Of a DNA stretch of 64,000 nucleotides, positions 1 to 9,248 are shown in pieces. The stretch is from contig CBDUPA010000010.1 of assembly GCA_965368975.1 (NCBI GenBank), positions 96,001 through 160,000 on the forward strand. The letters are read 5' to 3'. The notes under the pieces are model-generated. The model was given only the letters and a program-made list of their open reading frames with translations. It had not been told where the DNA came from and did no database searches. Each line of letters starts with the position of its first letter. The stretch's first letter is position 1. The DNA comes from an uncultured bacterium (GTDB lineage Bacteria > Acidobacteriota > Thermoanaerobaculia > Multivoradales > JAHZIX01). The position numbers and the translations under genes were made by a program.

Positions 1-73
1 GAACAGAAGACCACGGCCGCGCCATCCACCGCGCGCGCTTCCCCGCCAGCGGCAAATTTGACAGACTGAAGCC

Positions 74-568
74 ATGAGACCCATTGTCGCCAGCGACCTG
101 ATGACTCCGGACGTACTCACCGTCTCCCACGACATGACGGTGCGCGAACTGGCCACCTTTCTGGTCGACAACGAGATCAGTGGCGCGCCGGTGCGCGACG
201 CCAAGGGCCATCTGATCGGCGTCGTCTCGGTAGTCGACGTGGTGCGAGTCACGTCAGAAGAGAACGACGTTGCCGGTGCCCCGGACGATGCCGAGCCCGA
301 CTTCTACCGGCGCGACGAGTGGGCCGACACGCTGCGTGAAGAGGAAGCGCCCGATCTCGACGAACTGCAAGGCGAACCTCGAGTGCGCGACATCCTGACG
401 CCGGTGGTCTACAGCGTCAACGAAGACGCCACCGTCGACGAGATCGCCTCGCTGATGTTGCAGCACCACCTACACCGGGTGCTCGTCAAGTGCAGCGAGG
501 ATGGTCGAGCCGTCGGCATCATCACGACGTCGGACCTGCTGGGCCTGCTGGTCGACGAAGACGACTAG
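74..568 (+). CDS. CBS domain pair protein
   Basis: Two CBS repeats (ASDLMTPDVLTVS...ISGAPVRD..G.LIGVVS; VRDILTPVVYSV...LHRVLV....GRAVGIITTSDLL). Confidence 0.9.
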   Translation: MRPIVASDLMTPDVLTVSHDMTVRELATFLVDNEISGAPVRDAKGHLIGVVSVVDVVRVTSEENDVAGAPDDAEPDFYRRDEWADTLREEEAPDLDELQGEPRVRDILTPVVYSVNEDATVDEIASLMLQHHLHRVLVKCSEDGRAVGIITTSDLLGLLVDEDD

Positions 569-625
569 CAGCGGTAGCTCGCCTTTCGGCATCGTGGCTT
601 ATCGCGAGCTACAATAGCTCGCACC

Positions 626-3199
626 ATGCGCAAGCCCGCCCCGAAGTTCAAGACACTGTTGCTCGGTGTCGGGCTAGCCGCCTTCCTGGTGGCCTCGCTA
701 TCGGTGGTCGACATGCTCTTGCCGCGAGCCTTCGACGGCATCATCTTCGACTCTGATTCGCCGCAGGATCTGGTGGTGCTGAGCGTGGTCCCGGGCTCGG
801 GTGCCGAACAGGCCGGCATTCTGGCTGGCGACCGGGTAGCGGGCATCGCGCACAACGCGATTCGCAACCACCGCCACGCCTACCAGCTGATGGAGAGGCT
901 GCAAGGCGACGGACGCGCGGTCCTGTACTTGATCGAGCGCGATCGGGACATCCTCACCCGGCGTGTGCGTATCGACCGCCGCAGTACCGGCCAGCTGCCC
1001 TACTTCCTGGCGTGCTTGCTGGCGCTGTTCTTCTTCGCCGTCGGCCTGTTTGTGCTGCAGCGGCAACCGAACCAGAGTGCCAGCCGGGTCTTCTATCTCC
1101 TCAGCACCCTTTTCTTGCTCTTCCTGGTGTGCCGGCTGCGGCCGGCCTCGTACTCGCAAGTCGACGCCTTCGTTCTGAGCATTGGAACCGCGGCGCTGCT
1201 GCTGCTGCCGGCGAGCTTTCTGCATTTCTTCCTCATCTTCCCGCGGCCCCTGCGCGTGCAGCCGCTACGGCGGCGTGCACTGCTGCTGCTGCTCTATGCC
1301 CTGCCACCCGCGGTGCTGACAGCCGCCTACCTTCTGGCCGAGGGCACGCCGGAGCGGCTGTACGGAGCGCCGGTGGCCAACTGGTGGGTGCTCGCCGTCT
1401 ACATGGTGCTGGGCTTGACGGCGCTGGCCTGGAACGCCATCGGCCTGGCCGACACCCGCGAGCGGCGCGGCGCCCGCCTGGTCCTGCTCGGCGCCTGTTT
1501 CGGTCTATTACCCTTCCTGAGCCTCGCCGTCGCCTACCCGGCAGTGCGCCACACAGAGCGCTTCCTGTACCTCGGCGTGCTGCCGCTGGCCTTGGTGCCC
1601 CTGACCTTCGCCTACGCCATCATACGCTTCCAGCTTCTGGACATCCGCGTCATCCTGCGCCGCGGCCTCGTCTACACGCTGACCACGGTCGCGCTGACCG
1701 TCGTCTACGCGCTCGGCATCGCCGCCTTCAACCACCTGATGGGCGGCAGTGAGCTGGCGGCATCACGCTTTTCTCCGCTGCTGCTGGCGCTGGCCATCGT
1801 GCTGCTGTTCGAGCCGGTACGGCGCTGGCTGCAGGGTGCCCTCGATCGCTTCTTCGTCGCTGACCGGTCGCGCCTGCAACGCGCCATGGTCGACCTCGGC
1901 GAGGCGCTGAGCGCTCACGTCGACCCGCACCGAGTCGTCCGTGAGCTGGTCGCCAAGCTGCCGCAACACCTCGACCTCCACTTCGCGGCCCTCTACCTGG
2001 TGCGCGACGGTCGACTGGAGCGCACCGCCGGCCCCGACCACTTGCCCGCTCTGCTGCCGGACATCCCGGCGCTCAACGACTACCTGAGCCGCAACTCGGG
2101 CCAGCCATCGAGCGAGCCGTCGCGGCGCCTGCTACCGTTGCCCCTGCTCGATCGGCTGGCCCAGAAGGCACCCGAGGTAGCGTTGCTGCGCCAGCAGCTG
2201 GAAGCCGCCGGCGTCGAGCTGCTGGCCGACCTGTCGTCGCCGCGCCGGCGGCTCGGCCTGGTGCTGCTGTCCGACCGCCGCGGCAACCTGTCGCTGGAGC
2301 CGGTAGCACAGGAACTGCTCGGCGGATTGCTGTCGCAGACTGCAATCGCCCTCGAGACCGGCCTGCTGCTCGAAGAGCGCACCCGCCGCGTCGAACTGGA
2401 CCGCGAGTTGCAGATCGCGTCCTCGATCCAAACTTCACTGATTCCGGAGCAGGTCTACCTCGACGAACGCTGGGAAGTGGCCGCTCTGTGCCGGCCGGCC
2501 CAAGATGTCGGTGGCGATTTCTTCACCCAGTTGCCCGGTGCGCTGCCCGGCTCATCCGCCATGGTCTATGGCGACGTCGCCGGCAAGTCGGTGTCCGGAG
2601 CCCTACTCATGATGGCCACCCACGAGATCCTGCACACCCTGGCGATGACGCATCCACGGCCGCAGGAGTTGCTGCAGCTGGCCAACAGCCGGCTCTATGA
2701 ACTGCACCGGCAAGACACGCCGATCGCTGTCCCGACATGCGCTGTTCAGGACACCGCCGCGACCAGCCGCCGCCATACCGGGCCGCGCCCCTTCGTCGCT
2801 CTCGGCTACCTGGCCGCCGAAGACGAGGGCCGCCGTTTGCGCTACGCTCTAGCTGGCCAACCACCGCTGCTGTTGCGTCAGCTCGACGGCAAAGTGCGCG
2901 AGCTCCCTTTGCCGTCTCACCGGTTGCCACTCGGTTGTTTCGCTGAAGGCATCTATCCACTGCTCGACGTCGAACTCGCTCCCGGGGACATGGTACTGGC
3001 GTGCTCGGACGGCGTCATCGAAGCACGCAACGCGACCGGTGACGCCTTCGGCAGCGACCGCTTGCTCGAGGTCCTCCGACAGACGCCACCCGATCCGCAG
3101 GTCCTGCTGCGCCGCCTGCTCGACGCGCTCGACGACTTCGTGCTCGACCACCAACCCTACGACGACTTGACCCTGGTGGCTCTGTGTCGACGCGCTTGA
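626..3199 (+). CDS. Membrane-bound SpoIIE/PP2C (RsbU-like) phosphatase with N-terminal PDZ-like domain, multi-TM region and GAF-like domain
   Basis: PDZ-like VVPGSGAEQAGILAGDRV; many hydrophobic TM segments; PP2C motifs VGGDFF, GDVAGK, SDGVIE, YDDLT. Confidence 0.85.
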   Translation: MRKPAPKFKTLLLGVGLAAFLVASLSVVDMLLPRAFDGIIFDSDSPQDLVVLSVVPGSGAEQAGILAGDRVAGIAHNAIRNHRHAYQLMERLQGDGRAVLYLIERDRDILTRRVRIDRRSTGQLPYFLACLLALFFFAVGLFVLQRQPNQSASRVFYLLSTLFLLFLVCRLRPASYSQVDAFVLSIGTAALLLLPASFLHFFLIFPRPLRVQPLRRRALLLLLYALPPAVLTAAYLLAEGTPERLYGAPVANWWVLAVYMVLGLTALAWNAIGLADTRERRGARLVLLGACFGLLPFLSLAVAYPAVRHTERFLYLGVLPLALVPLTFAYAIIRFQLLDIRVILRRGLVYTLTTVALTVVYALGIAAFNHLMGGSELAASRFSPLLLALAIVLLFEPVRRWLQGALDRFFVADRSRLQRAMVDLGEALSAHVDPHRVVRELVAKLPQHLDLHFAALYLVRDGRLERTAGPDHLPALLPDIPALNDYLSRNSGQPSSEPSRRLLPLPLLDRLAQKAPEVALLRQQLEAAGVELLADLSSPRRRLGLVLLSDRRGNLSLEPVAQELLGGLLSQTAIALETGLLLEERTRRVELDRELQIASSIQTSLIPEQVYLDERWEVAALCRPAQDVGGDFFTQLPGALPGSSAMVYGDVAGKSVSGALLMMATHEILHTLAMTHPRPQELLQLANSRLYELHRQDTPIAVPTCAVQDTAATSRRHTGPRPFVALGYLAAEDEGRRLRYALAGQPPLLLRQLDGKVRELPLPSHRLPLGCFAEGIYPLLDVELAPGDMVLACSDGVIEARNATGDAFGSDRLLEVLRQTPPDPQVLLRRLLDALDDFVLDHQPYDDLTLVALCRRA

Positions 3200-3290
3200 A
3201 AGCCCATCGCGCGCCGTGTGCCGCCACCGGTTTTGCAACCCACCCCAGCCGTGGTCGTATACTTGGCCAGCCGTCAACCCGATCCGCATC

Positions 3291-4700
3291 GTGAACCACA
3301 TCCCAAACACCCCCGCGCCTCGTCCTCGACAGCGTGCCTCACACCGGCCGCTACGAGACTGCACCCGCTTGTTGTTGTGTTGCGCTCTATGGCTGTCCCT
3401 ACACGGCTGCTCGACGGATCAGGAGATCTGGTCCAGCGACTCGCCGGAGGCGCGCGCAGCCCTGGAACAGGGCCTGGAGGCGCGCTCCAAGCACGACTTC
3501 TGGGAAGCTCGCGAACACTTCCGCAAGGCCCTGGAACTGGATCCTGAGTTCGCCGTCCCGAAGGCCCTGCTGCTCGAAGGCGATCTGCCACGCGGTCGTC
3601 TGCAGCGCTGGGCATCGGAGCTCGAGGCCGTCGATCTGACGACCCTGCAACCGCACGAGGCTTTCCTGATCCGGCAGCGGCTGCTGCTGCTGGAAGGGGA
3701 CCTGGAAACGCTAGAGCACTACACGGCGGAACACCTCGACCGCTACCCCAACGATCCTTGGGCACTGAGTTCCTACGGCCATCAGGCGTTCAACAAGGAT
3801 CGTGTCGAGCAAGCAGAAGACGCCCTGCAGCGCCTGATCGAGCTGGACCCGAACTGGGTCGAAGCGCAAAACAAGCTCGGCTACCTGGCCATGCTGGACG
3901 GCCGCTTCGATGTCGCCGAGCGACGCATGCGTACCTACCAGTTCCTGGCCCCAGACACGCCGAACCCGCACGACTCGATGGGCGAACTGCTCTTGATCAC
4001 CGGCCGCTACGAAGAGGCCCGACGTGAGTTCGAAGCAGCGCTCGAGCTCCAGCCCGAGTTCTTGCCGTCGCACGAGCAACTCCTGCGCCTCGCGCTACTC
4101 GAAAACGATCTGCCGCGCGCTAAGACCGTACTCCGTCATGCCGCCGAGGTCTGGCGAGCCAGTGGCCGCAGCCACGAGCCACGCGGCATGCGCTGCCTGC
4201 TGACCCTGTGGCAGGCCTTGCTCGAAGGCACCTGGGAAACAGCCTGGGAAGACAGTAACGACTGCAGCACGCGCTACGAGCCGGAACGCCTGGTGCTGCG
4301 CCACCGTATCGCTATCGCCAGCGGCCGCACCCAGTTGACCGCGGAACTGCGCGACCAGGCCCGGCGCTTCGGCGAATCCCTCGATCGTGGCGAACAACTG
4401 TCGACACGCCGCGTCGACTGGGCCGGCGCCGAGCAGCACATGCGCGGTATGGAACTCCTCATCGCTGGCGATACAGCCGGCGCCGTCGACGCCTTCCGCC
4501 AGGCCGATCCACAGTTGACCTATCGCACCGCCTCGGCCGGCGTCCTCAAACTGCTCAACCAGCTACAACTCGTGCAGACCCTGGAAGCTGCCGGGGAGAC
4601 CGAAGCAGCGGCAGAGGCACGCCGCGAGCTGGAACGGGTCAACCGCCACTTCTCCGACCTACAACCCTACCTCTCCCTCAAGCGACCCACCGCGACCTGA
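3291..4700 (+). CDS. TPR-repeat protein, probable lipoprotein
   Basis: Hydrophobic stretch ending in lipobox-like LHG-C; TPR motifs (ALELDPEFA, LIELDPNW, ALELQPEF). Start uncertain; the ORF is open from 3216. Confidence 0.7.
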   Translation: MNHIPNTPAPRPRQRASHRPLRDCTRLLLCCALWLSLHGCSTDQEIWSSDSPEARAALEQGLEARSKHDFWEAREHFRKALELDPEFAVPKALLLEGDLPRGRLQRWASELEAVDLTTLQPHEAFLIRQRLLLLEGDLETLEHYTAEHLDRYPNDPWALSSYGHQAFNKDRVEQAEDALQRLIELDPNWVEAQNKLGYLAMLDGRFDVAERRMRTYQFLAPDTPNPHDSMGELLLITGRYEEARREFEAALELQPEFLPSHEQLLRLALLENDLPRAKTVLRHAAEVWRASGRSHEPRGMRCLLTLWQALLEGTWETAWEDSNDCSTRYEPERLVLRHRIAIASGRTQLTAELRDQARRFGESLDRGEQLSTRRVDWAGAEQHMRGMELLIAGDTAGAVDAFRQADPQLTYRTASAGVLKLLNQLQLVQTLEAAGETEAAAEARRELERVNRHFSDLQPYLSLKRPTAT

Positions 4701-4765
4701 AGGCTGGTTCTGAAGAAGTGGTTCTGAAGGACTGGCTCTGACGGATCGGCCGAGCCCTGGGCAAC

Positions 4766-5500
4766 TCATCGCCCCTGTAGCAGCGTGCGCAGCGCGCGCT
4801 TGATGACCACCGCGCTCTGCGGCCCGGCGCGAAGAAAGACCAGCCCTGCCTGGTCCAGGTGACGCCACACGACACGCACATCCGTGGTGAGCAAGTGCAC
4901 CTCCGCGCCGCGTCCCAGGTCGAGATGAAACTCGTACCCGACCTGCCAGGTTTCCGGGACCCGTCGCAGGCAGCAGCCTCTGACCGACAGGTTGTCGAGC
5001 AACAAGTGCAGCACCTGCGTTTGATTCACCGTGACGGTGACCGGCTGTCCCACTCGAATGCGCTCGTCGTCCCGCCGCCCGTGCGCCAGTTCCCTGGCAG
5101 CGTTGTCGTGGTGGCGCCGGATCGCCGCGGTGCGGATCTTGAGTTCCACGACCGGATGCCGCTGCATCAGCTGCGCCAGGTCGTCCTTGGGCAGCCGGTA
5201 GAGACGTACGTCGGTCTCGGCACGCGCCGAGGCCAGGCGCCCGGCGTCATTGAGCAACCCCATCTCACCGAAGAAATCGCCCACCCGTAGCACCGCGTAG
5301 CGGCGCATCGGCCGGCCGATGGTGTCCTGCGCGATAGCCACCCGTCCTTCGAGGATCAGGTACAGCGCATCTGCCTGATCCCCACTGCGGAAGATGATTC
5401 GTCCCGCTGCATACGACTCCTCGCGCATCAGAGATCGCAGCCATTCCCGCTCCGGCGCTTCGAGGCTATCGAACAAGGGAAGAGACTGCAGGTTTGGCAA
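4766..5500 (-). CDS. Cyclic-nucleotide-binding domain + PilZ domain protein
   Basis: cNMP signature (IFRSGD..DALYLILEGRV, FFGEMGLL..AGRLASARA); PilZ motifs RDDER and DNLSVRG; GGAG upstream of a TTG start. Confidence 0.8.
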   Translation of the reverse strand: MPNLQSLPLFDSLEAPEREWLRSLMREESYAAGRIIFRSGDQADALYLILEGRVAIAQDTIGRPMRRYAVLRVGDFFGEMGLLNDAGRLASARAETDVRLYRLPKDDLAQLMQRHPVVELKIRTAAIRRHHDNAARELAHGRRDDERIRVGQPVTVTVNQTQVLHLLLDNLSVRGCCLRRVPETWQVGYEFHLDLGRGAEVHLLTTDVRVVWRHLDQAGLVFLRAGPQSAVVIKRALRTLLQGR

Positions 5501-5511
5501 GTAGTTCTCCT

Positions 5512-5565
5512 GCGCTGTATCTCAAGCGCTGTATCTCAAGCGCCGAATCTCCGCGCCGAATCTCC
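5512..5565. repeat. Two adjacent tandem duplications (GCGCTGTATCTCAA x2; GCGCCGAATCTCC x2) in a divergent intergenic region
   Basis: Read directly from the sequence. Confidence 0.85.
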
Positions 5566-5718
5566 GGCACTGTATTCCCGCGATGGAGGCGCCTGGACAG
5601 GTTCGCCTGCACAGCGGGTTGCGTCGAGAGCGATCTGGCGGCATTCTATTACGCAGGTCCGGGGCTTGCCTCGGACTCTCCTGATAACCATGACGAAAAT
5701 GACCGCAAGGAGATACCC

Positions 5719-6075
5719 ATGAGCCCCCAACTACGCGAGCTGAGCCTGCCCGAAGAGCTGGATCAGGTCTTCACGGACTCGACCCAAAAGCTACAGCTAG
5801 TGTTCAAGCACAGCACCACCTGCCCGATCAGCGGCCGTGCCTTCCAAGGCTTGCAGCAGCACCTGCAGACCCCGAGCACCAACGTCGACTACTCCCTGAT
5901 CGTCGTGCAGCGTGCCCGGCCGCTGTCCAACAGCGTCGCCGAGCGTACCTCTGTGCGCCACGAGTCACCACAGGCGCTACTGCTCAAGGACGGCGAAGCC
6001 GTGTGGAACGCGTCACACTACGACATCACCGCCGACAGCCTGCAACAGGCCATCACCGCCCAGACATCAGGCTGA
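5719..6075 (+). CDS. ytxJ: Bacillithiol-system redox protein YtxJ (monothiol bacilliredoxin BrxC family)
   Basis: FKHSTTCPIS and VRHESPQ motifs; AAGGAG RBS before ATG 5719. Confidence 0.85.
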   Translation: MSPQLRELSLPEELDQVFTDSTQKLQLVFKHSTTCPISGRAFQGLQQHLQTPSTNVDYSLIVVQRARPLSNSVAERTSVRHESPQALLLKDGEAVWNASHYDITADSLQQAITAQTSG

Positions 6076-6083
6076 ACGAACCC

Positions 6084-6860
6084 TCACTCCAGCTTCTTCA
6101 GTGACCGATCCCAGCGCGGCGAGTAGCCATCGTCAAGGTCGAGCGAGAAGGCAACGGCGGTCGCCTGGCCGACGATCAGGTCACGGTGGACGGCACCAAA
6201 CCAGCGTGAGTCACGGCTGTTGTGGCGGTTGTCCCCCATCATGAAGAAGTGGTCTTCAGGCACCTCGAAGCGGAAGCTCCAATTGCGCATGTCGAGCGGC
6301 TGGTAGTTCGAGTTCGACAGCGTGATCGGATGCTCGTGGCCGTCCAGTTCTTCGATACGGAACTGCGTGCCGCGGCGACGTTGCAGTTCCAGCAGGTCTT
6401 CGTTGTCAACGTCCCACATCGTGTAGTCGACAGCCTCCCCGTTGATGTAGAGCCGGTTGTGCTGTAACTCGATCACGTCGCCCGGCGTGCCGATTACCCG
6501 CTTGACCAAGCGCTTTCCGTCCTCCGGGGAGAAGAAGACGACGATATCGCCACGCTGCGGCAGATCCCAGCGCATCAAGTGCCACGGGCTGAAGGGCAGG
6601 CGCAGGCTGTAGGCAGCCTTGTTGACGAAGATACGGTCCCCCTCCAGGATGGTGGGGATCATCGAACCCGTCGGTACATCATTCCAGTCAGCGACCGCCG
6701 AGCGGAAACAGCCGACGAGCAGGAGAATGATCATGAAGGGTCGAACCCACTCCCGCCACAGCTGATTCTGGAAGCTCGATGGCCTCTGTGGATCCGCTAC
6801 CGGGGAGGAGTCGGTGGTCTCGGCCACTTCCTCGCTCGTCTGCAACTGCTGCTCATTCAT
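6084..6860 (-). CDS. lepB: Signal peptidase I
   Basis: TGSMIPT (catalytic Ser), LVKRVIGTPGD (Lys), MMGDNRHNSRDSR. Confidence 0.95.
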   Translation of the reverse strand: MNEQQLQTSEEVAETTDSSPVADPQRPSSFQNQLWREWVRPFMIILLLVGCFRSAVADWNDVPTGSMIPTILEGDRIFVNKAAYSLRLPFSPWHLMRWDLPQRGDIVVFFSPEDGKRLVKRVIGTPGDVIELQHNRLYINGEAVDYTMWDVDNEDLLELQRRRGTQFRIEELDGHEHPITLSNSNYQPLDMRNWSFRFEVPEDHFFMMGDNRHNSRDSRWFGAVHRDLIVGQATAVAFSLDLDDGYSPRWDRSLKKLE

Positions 6861-6916
6861 ACTGATCCTCCATCGATTCTCCGCACCGCGGAACGGCGAG
6901 GAACCATTATACTGCG

Positions 6917-7741
6917 GTGATGGACAACTTGAATGGTAAGACTCTCTTCATCACCGGTGCCAGCCGCGGCATCGGCAAGGCAATCGCACTGCGCGCGGCA
7001 CGCGACGGCGCCAACATCGTGATTGCCGCCAAGACGACCGAACCACATCCCAAGCTGCCTGGCACCATCTTCACCGCCGCCGACGAGATCCGGCAGGCAG
7101 GCGGACAGGCGCTGCCTTGCGCCGTCGACATCCGCTACGAGGAGCAGGTCGAGGCGGCGGTCGAGCTGACCGTCGAGACCTTCGGTAGCCTCGATATCCT
7201 GGTCAACAATGCCAGCGCCATCCATCTGACCGGCACCGTCGAGACGCCGATGAAACGCTACGACCTGATGCACCAGATCAACGCTCGCGGTACCTTCCTG
7301 TGCTCCAAGCTGTGTATTCCACATCTGGAAAAAGCCCCCAATCCGCACATTCTCAACATCGCGCCGCCGCTGACGCTCGAGCCCAAGTGGTTCGCGCCGC
7401 ACGTCGCCTACTCCATGGCCAAGTACGGAATGAGCCTGTGTGTGTTGGGTATGGCGGCAGAATTGGCGGAAAAAGGCATCGCGGTCAACGCCTTGTGGCC
7501 GCGTACAACGATCGCGACCGCCGCGGTGCGCAACGTACTAGGCGGCGAGGACATGGTCCGGCGCAGTCGCAAGCCAGAAGTGATGGCCGACGCGGCCCAC
7601 GCCCTCCTGACCAGCAACAGTCGCGAGAGGACGGGAAATTTCCTGCTCGACGAAGATGTGCTGCGGCAGGCCGGCGTCAGTGACTTCGACGACTACGCGG
7701 TCGACCCCAGTGTTGAGCTGTTGCCCGATTTCTTCCTTTGA
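6917..7741 (+). CDS. Short-chain dehydrogenase/reductase (HSDL2-like)
   Basis: TGASRGIG, NNAS, YSMAK; AAKTTEPHPKLPGTI typical of the HSDL2-like subfamily. Confidence 0.9.
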   Translation: MMDNLNGKTLFITGASRGIGKAIALRAARDGANIVIAAKTTEPHPKLPGTIFTAADEIRQAGGQALPCAVDIRYEEQVEAAVELTVETFGSLDILVNNASAIHLTGTVETPMKRYDLMHQINARGTFLCSKLCIPHLEKAPNPHILNIAPPLTLEPKWFAPHVAYSMAKYGMSLCVLGMAAELAEKGIAVNALWPRTTIATAAVRNVLGGEDMVRRSRKPEVMADAAHALLTSNSRERTGNFLLDEDVLRQAGVSDFDDYAVDPSVELLPDFFL

Positions 7742-7846
7742 GCCACGTCGACCGGTCGCATCGCCAGGTGTTCCCTTCCTGGCAAGGTTGTGGTACAAGC
7801 GAGCATGAACCCGCCGCTACCGCCGGCTCGACTAGGAGGCTTGAAT

Positions 7847-9142
7847 ATGGACCACAACATTGCTCAGCACGCGGCTGCCACCCCCGGCACGACCGCTGAA
7901 CACATCGCGCTCGAAGAGCGCTACGGCGCCCACAACTATCACCCCCTCGACGTCGTGCTGGCACGCGGCGAAGGCATCTGGGTGTGGGATATTGAAGGCC
8001 GCCGCTACATGGACTTCCTGGCCGCCTACTCGGCGGTCAATCAGGGACACTGCCACCCACGCATCGTCAAGTCACTGGTCGAGCAGAGCTGCCGCCTGGC
8101 ACTCAGCTCCCGCGCTTTCCGCAACGACCAGTTGGGCTTGTTTTTCCGCGACCTGTGCGAACTCTCCGGCTTCGAGCGCGCGCTGCCGATGAACACCGGC
8201 GCCGAGGCCGTCGAGACGACGATCAAGATGGCGCGCAAGTGGGCCTACAAGGTCAAGGGTGTGCCGGAGGACCAGGCCGAGATCCTGGTCTTCGAGCAGA
8301 ACTTCCACGGCCGCACCACCACCATTGTCGGCTTCTCGTCAGACGCCCAGTACCGCGACGGCTTCGGCCCTTTCACCCCCGGCTTCAGGATCCTGCCGTA
8401 CGGAGACGCCGAGGCCCTGCGCGCGGCCATGAACCCCAACGTCGCCGCCGTGCTAGTCGAACCGGTGCAGGGCGAAGGCGGCATCGTTGTACCGCCCAAG
8501 GGCTTCATGCGCGACGTGCGCGAGATCACCAAAGAACACAACGCCTTGTTCATCGCCGACGAGATCCAGTCCGGCCTCGGCCGTACCGGCAAGTTCTTCG
8601 ACCATGAGCACGAGAACGTACGCGCCGACGTCGTGATTCTCGGCAAGGCCCTGTCCGGCGGTCTCTACCCGGTCTCCGTCGTGCTCGCCGACGAAGCGAT
8701 CATGGGTGTCTTCCACCCCGGTGATCACGGCTCGACCTACGGTGGCAACCCGGTAGCCGCCGCGGTCGCCCGCACTGCGCTCAAGGTGCTGGTCGAAGAA
8801 GGCATGATCGAAAACTCCGCGCGCCTCGGCGAGCACATGTTCCAGCGTCTGCACGCCATGAAGTCACCGCACGTCGAGCTGGTGCGCGGACGCGGTCTGT
8901 GGGCCGGCATCGTGCTCAAAGACAGCGCCGGCGGTGCCCGTCGCTTCTGCGAGGCCCTGGAGCGTCAAGGCCTGCTGTGCAAGGAGACGCACGAGAACGT
9001 GATCCGTCTCGCGCCGCCGCTGATGATCAAGAAGGAAGAACTCGACTGGGCACTCGACCGCATCGAGGCGGTGCTGTGCAACGAGGAGCTTCCGAAGCTG
9101 AACAAAGAACTGGCTGCCGCCAAGGTCGCTGCCGGCGGCTGA
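7847..9142 (+). CDS. rocD: Ornithine--oxo-acid transaminase
   Basis: YGAHNYHPL, AYSAVNQGHCHP, DEIQSGLGRTG, LGKALSGG, HGSTYGGNP; AGGAGG RBS. Confidence 0.93.
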   Translation: MDHNIAQHAAATPGTTAEHIALEERYGAHNYHPLDVVLARGEGIWVWDIEGRRYMDFLAAYSAVNQGHCHPRIVKSLVEQSCRLALSSRAFRNDQLGLFFRDLCELSGFERALPMNTGAEAVETTIKMARKWAYKVKGVPEDQAEILVFEQNFHGRTTTIVGFSSDAQYRDGFGPFTPGFRILPYGDAEALRAAMNPNVAAVLVEPVQGEGGIVVPPKGFMRDVREITKEHNALFIADEIQSGLGRTGKFFDHEHENVRADVVILGKALSGGLYPVSVVLADEAIMGVFHPGDHGSTYGGNPVAAAVARTALKVLVEEGMIENSARLGEHMFQRLHAMKSPHVELVRGRGLWAGIVLKDSAGGARRFCEALERQGLLCKETHENVIRLAPPLMIKKEELDWALDRIEAVLCNEELPKLNKELAAAKVAAGG

Positions 9143-9176
9143 GTTCAGCTTCGTTCCACCGCGACGAGCGTCGCGC

Positions 9177-9215
9177 AAGTCCCGCCCAGGCACCCAGCCG
9201 GGCGGGATTTTCTTT
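9177..9215 (+). terminator. Probable intrinsic terminator after rocD
   Basis: TCCCGCCC...GGGCGGGA stem followed by TTTTCTTT. Confidence 0.7.
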
Positions 9216-9248
9216 GCCCCTAGCCACCTGCGCTACACTCCCCCTCCC

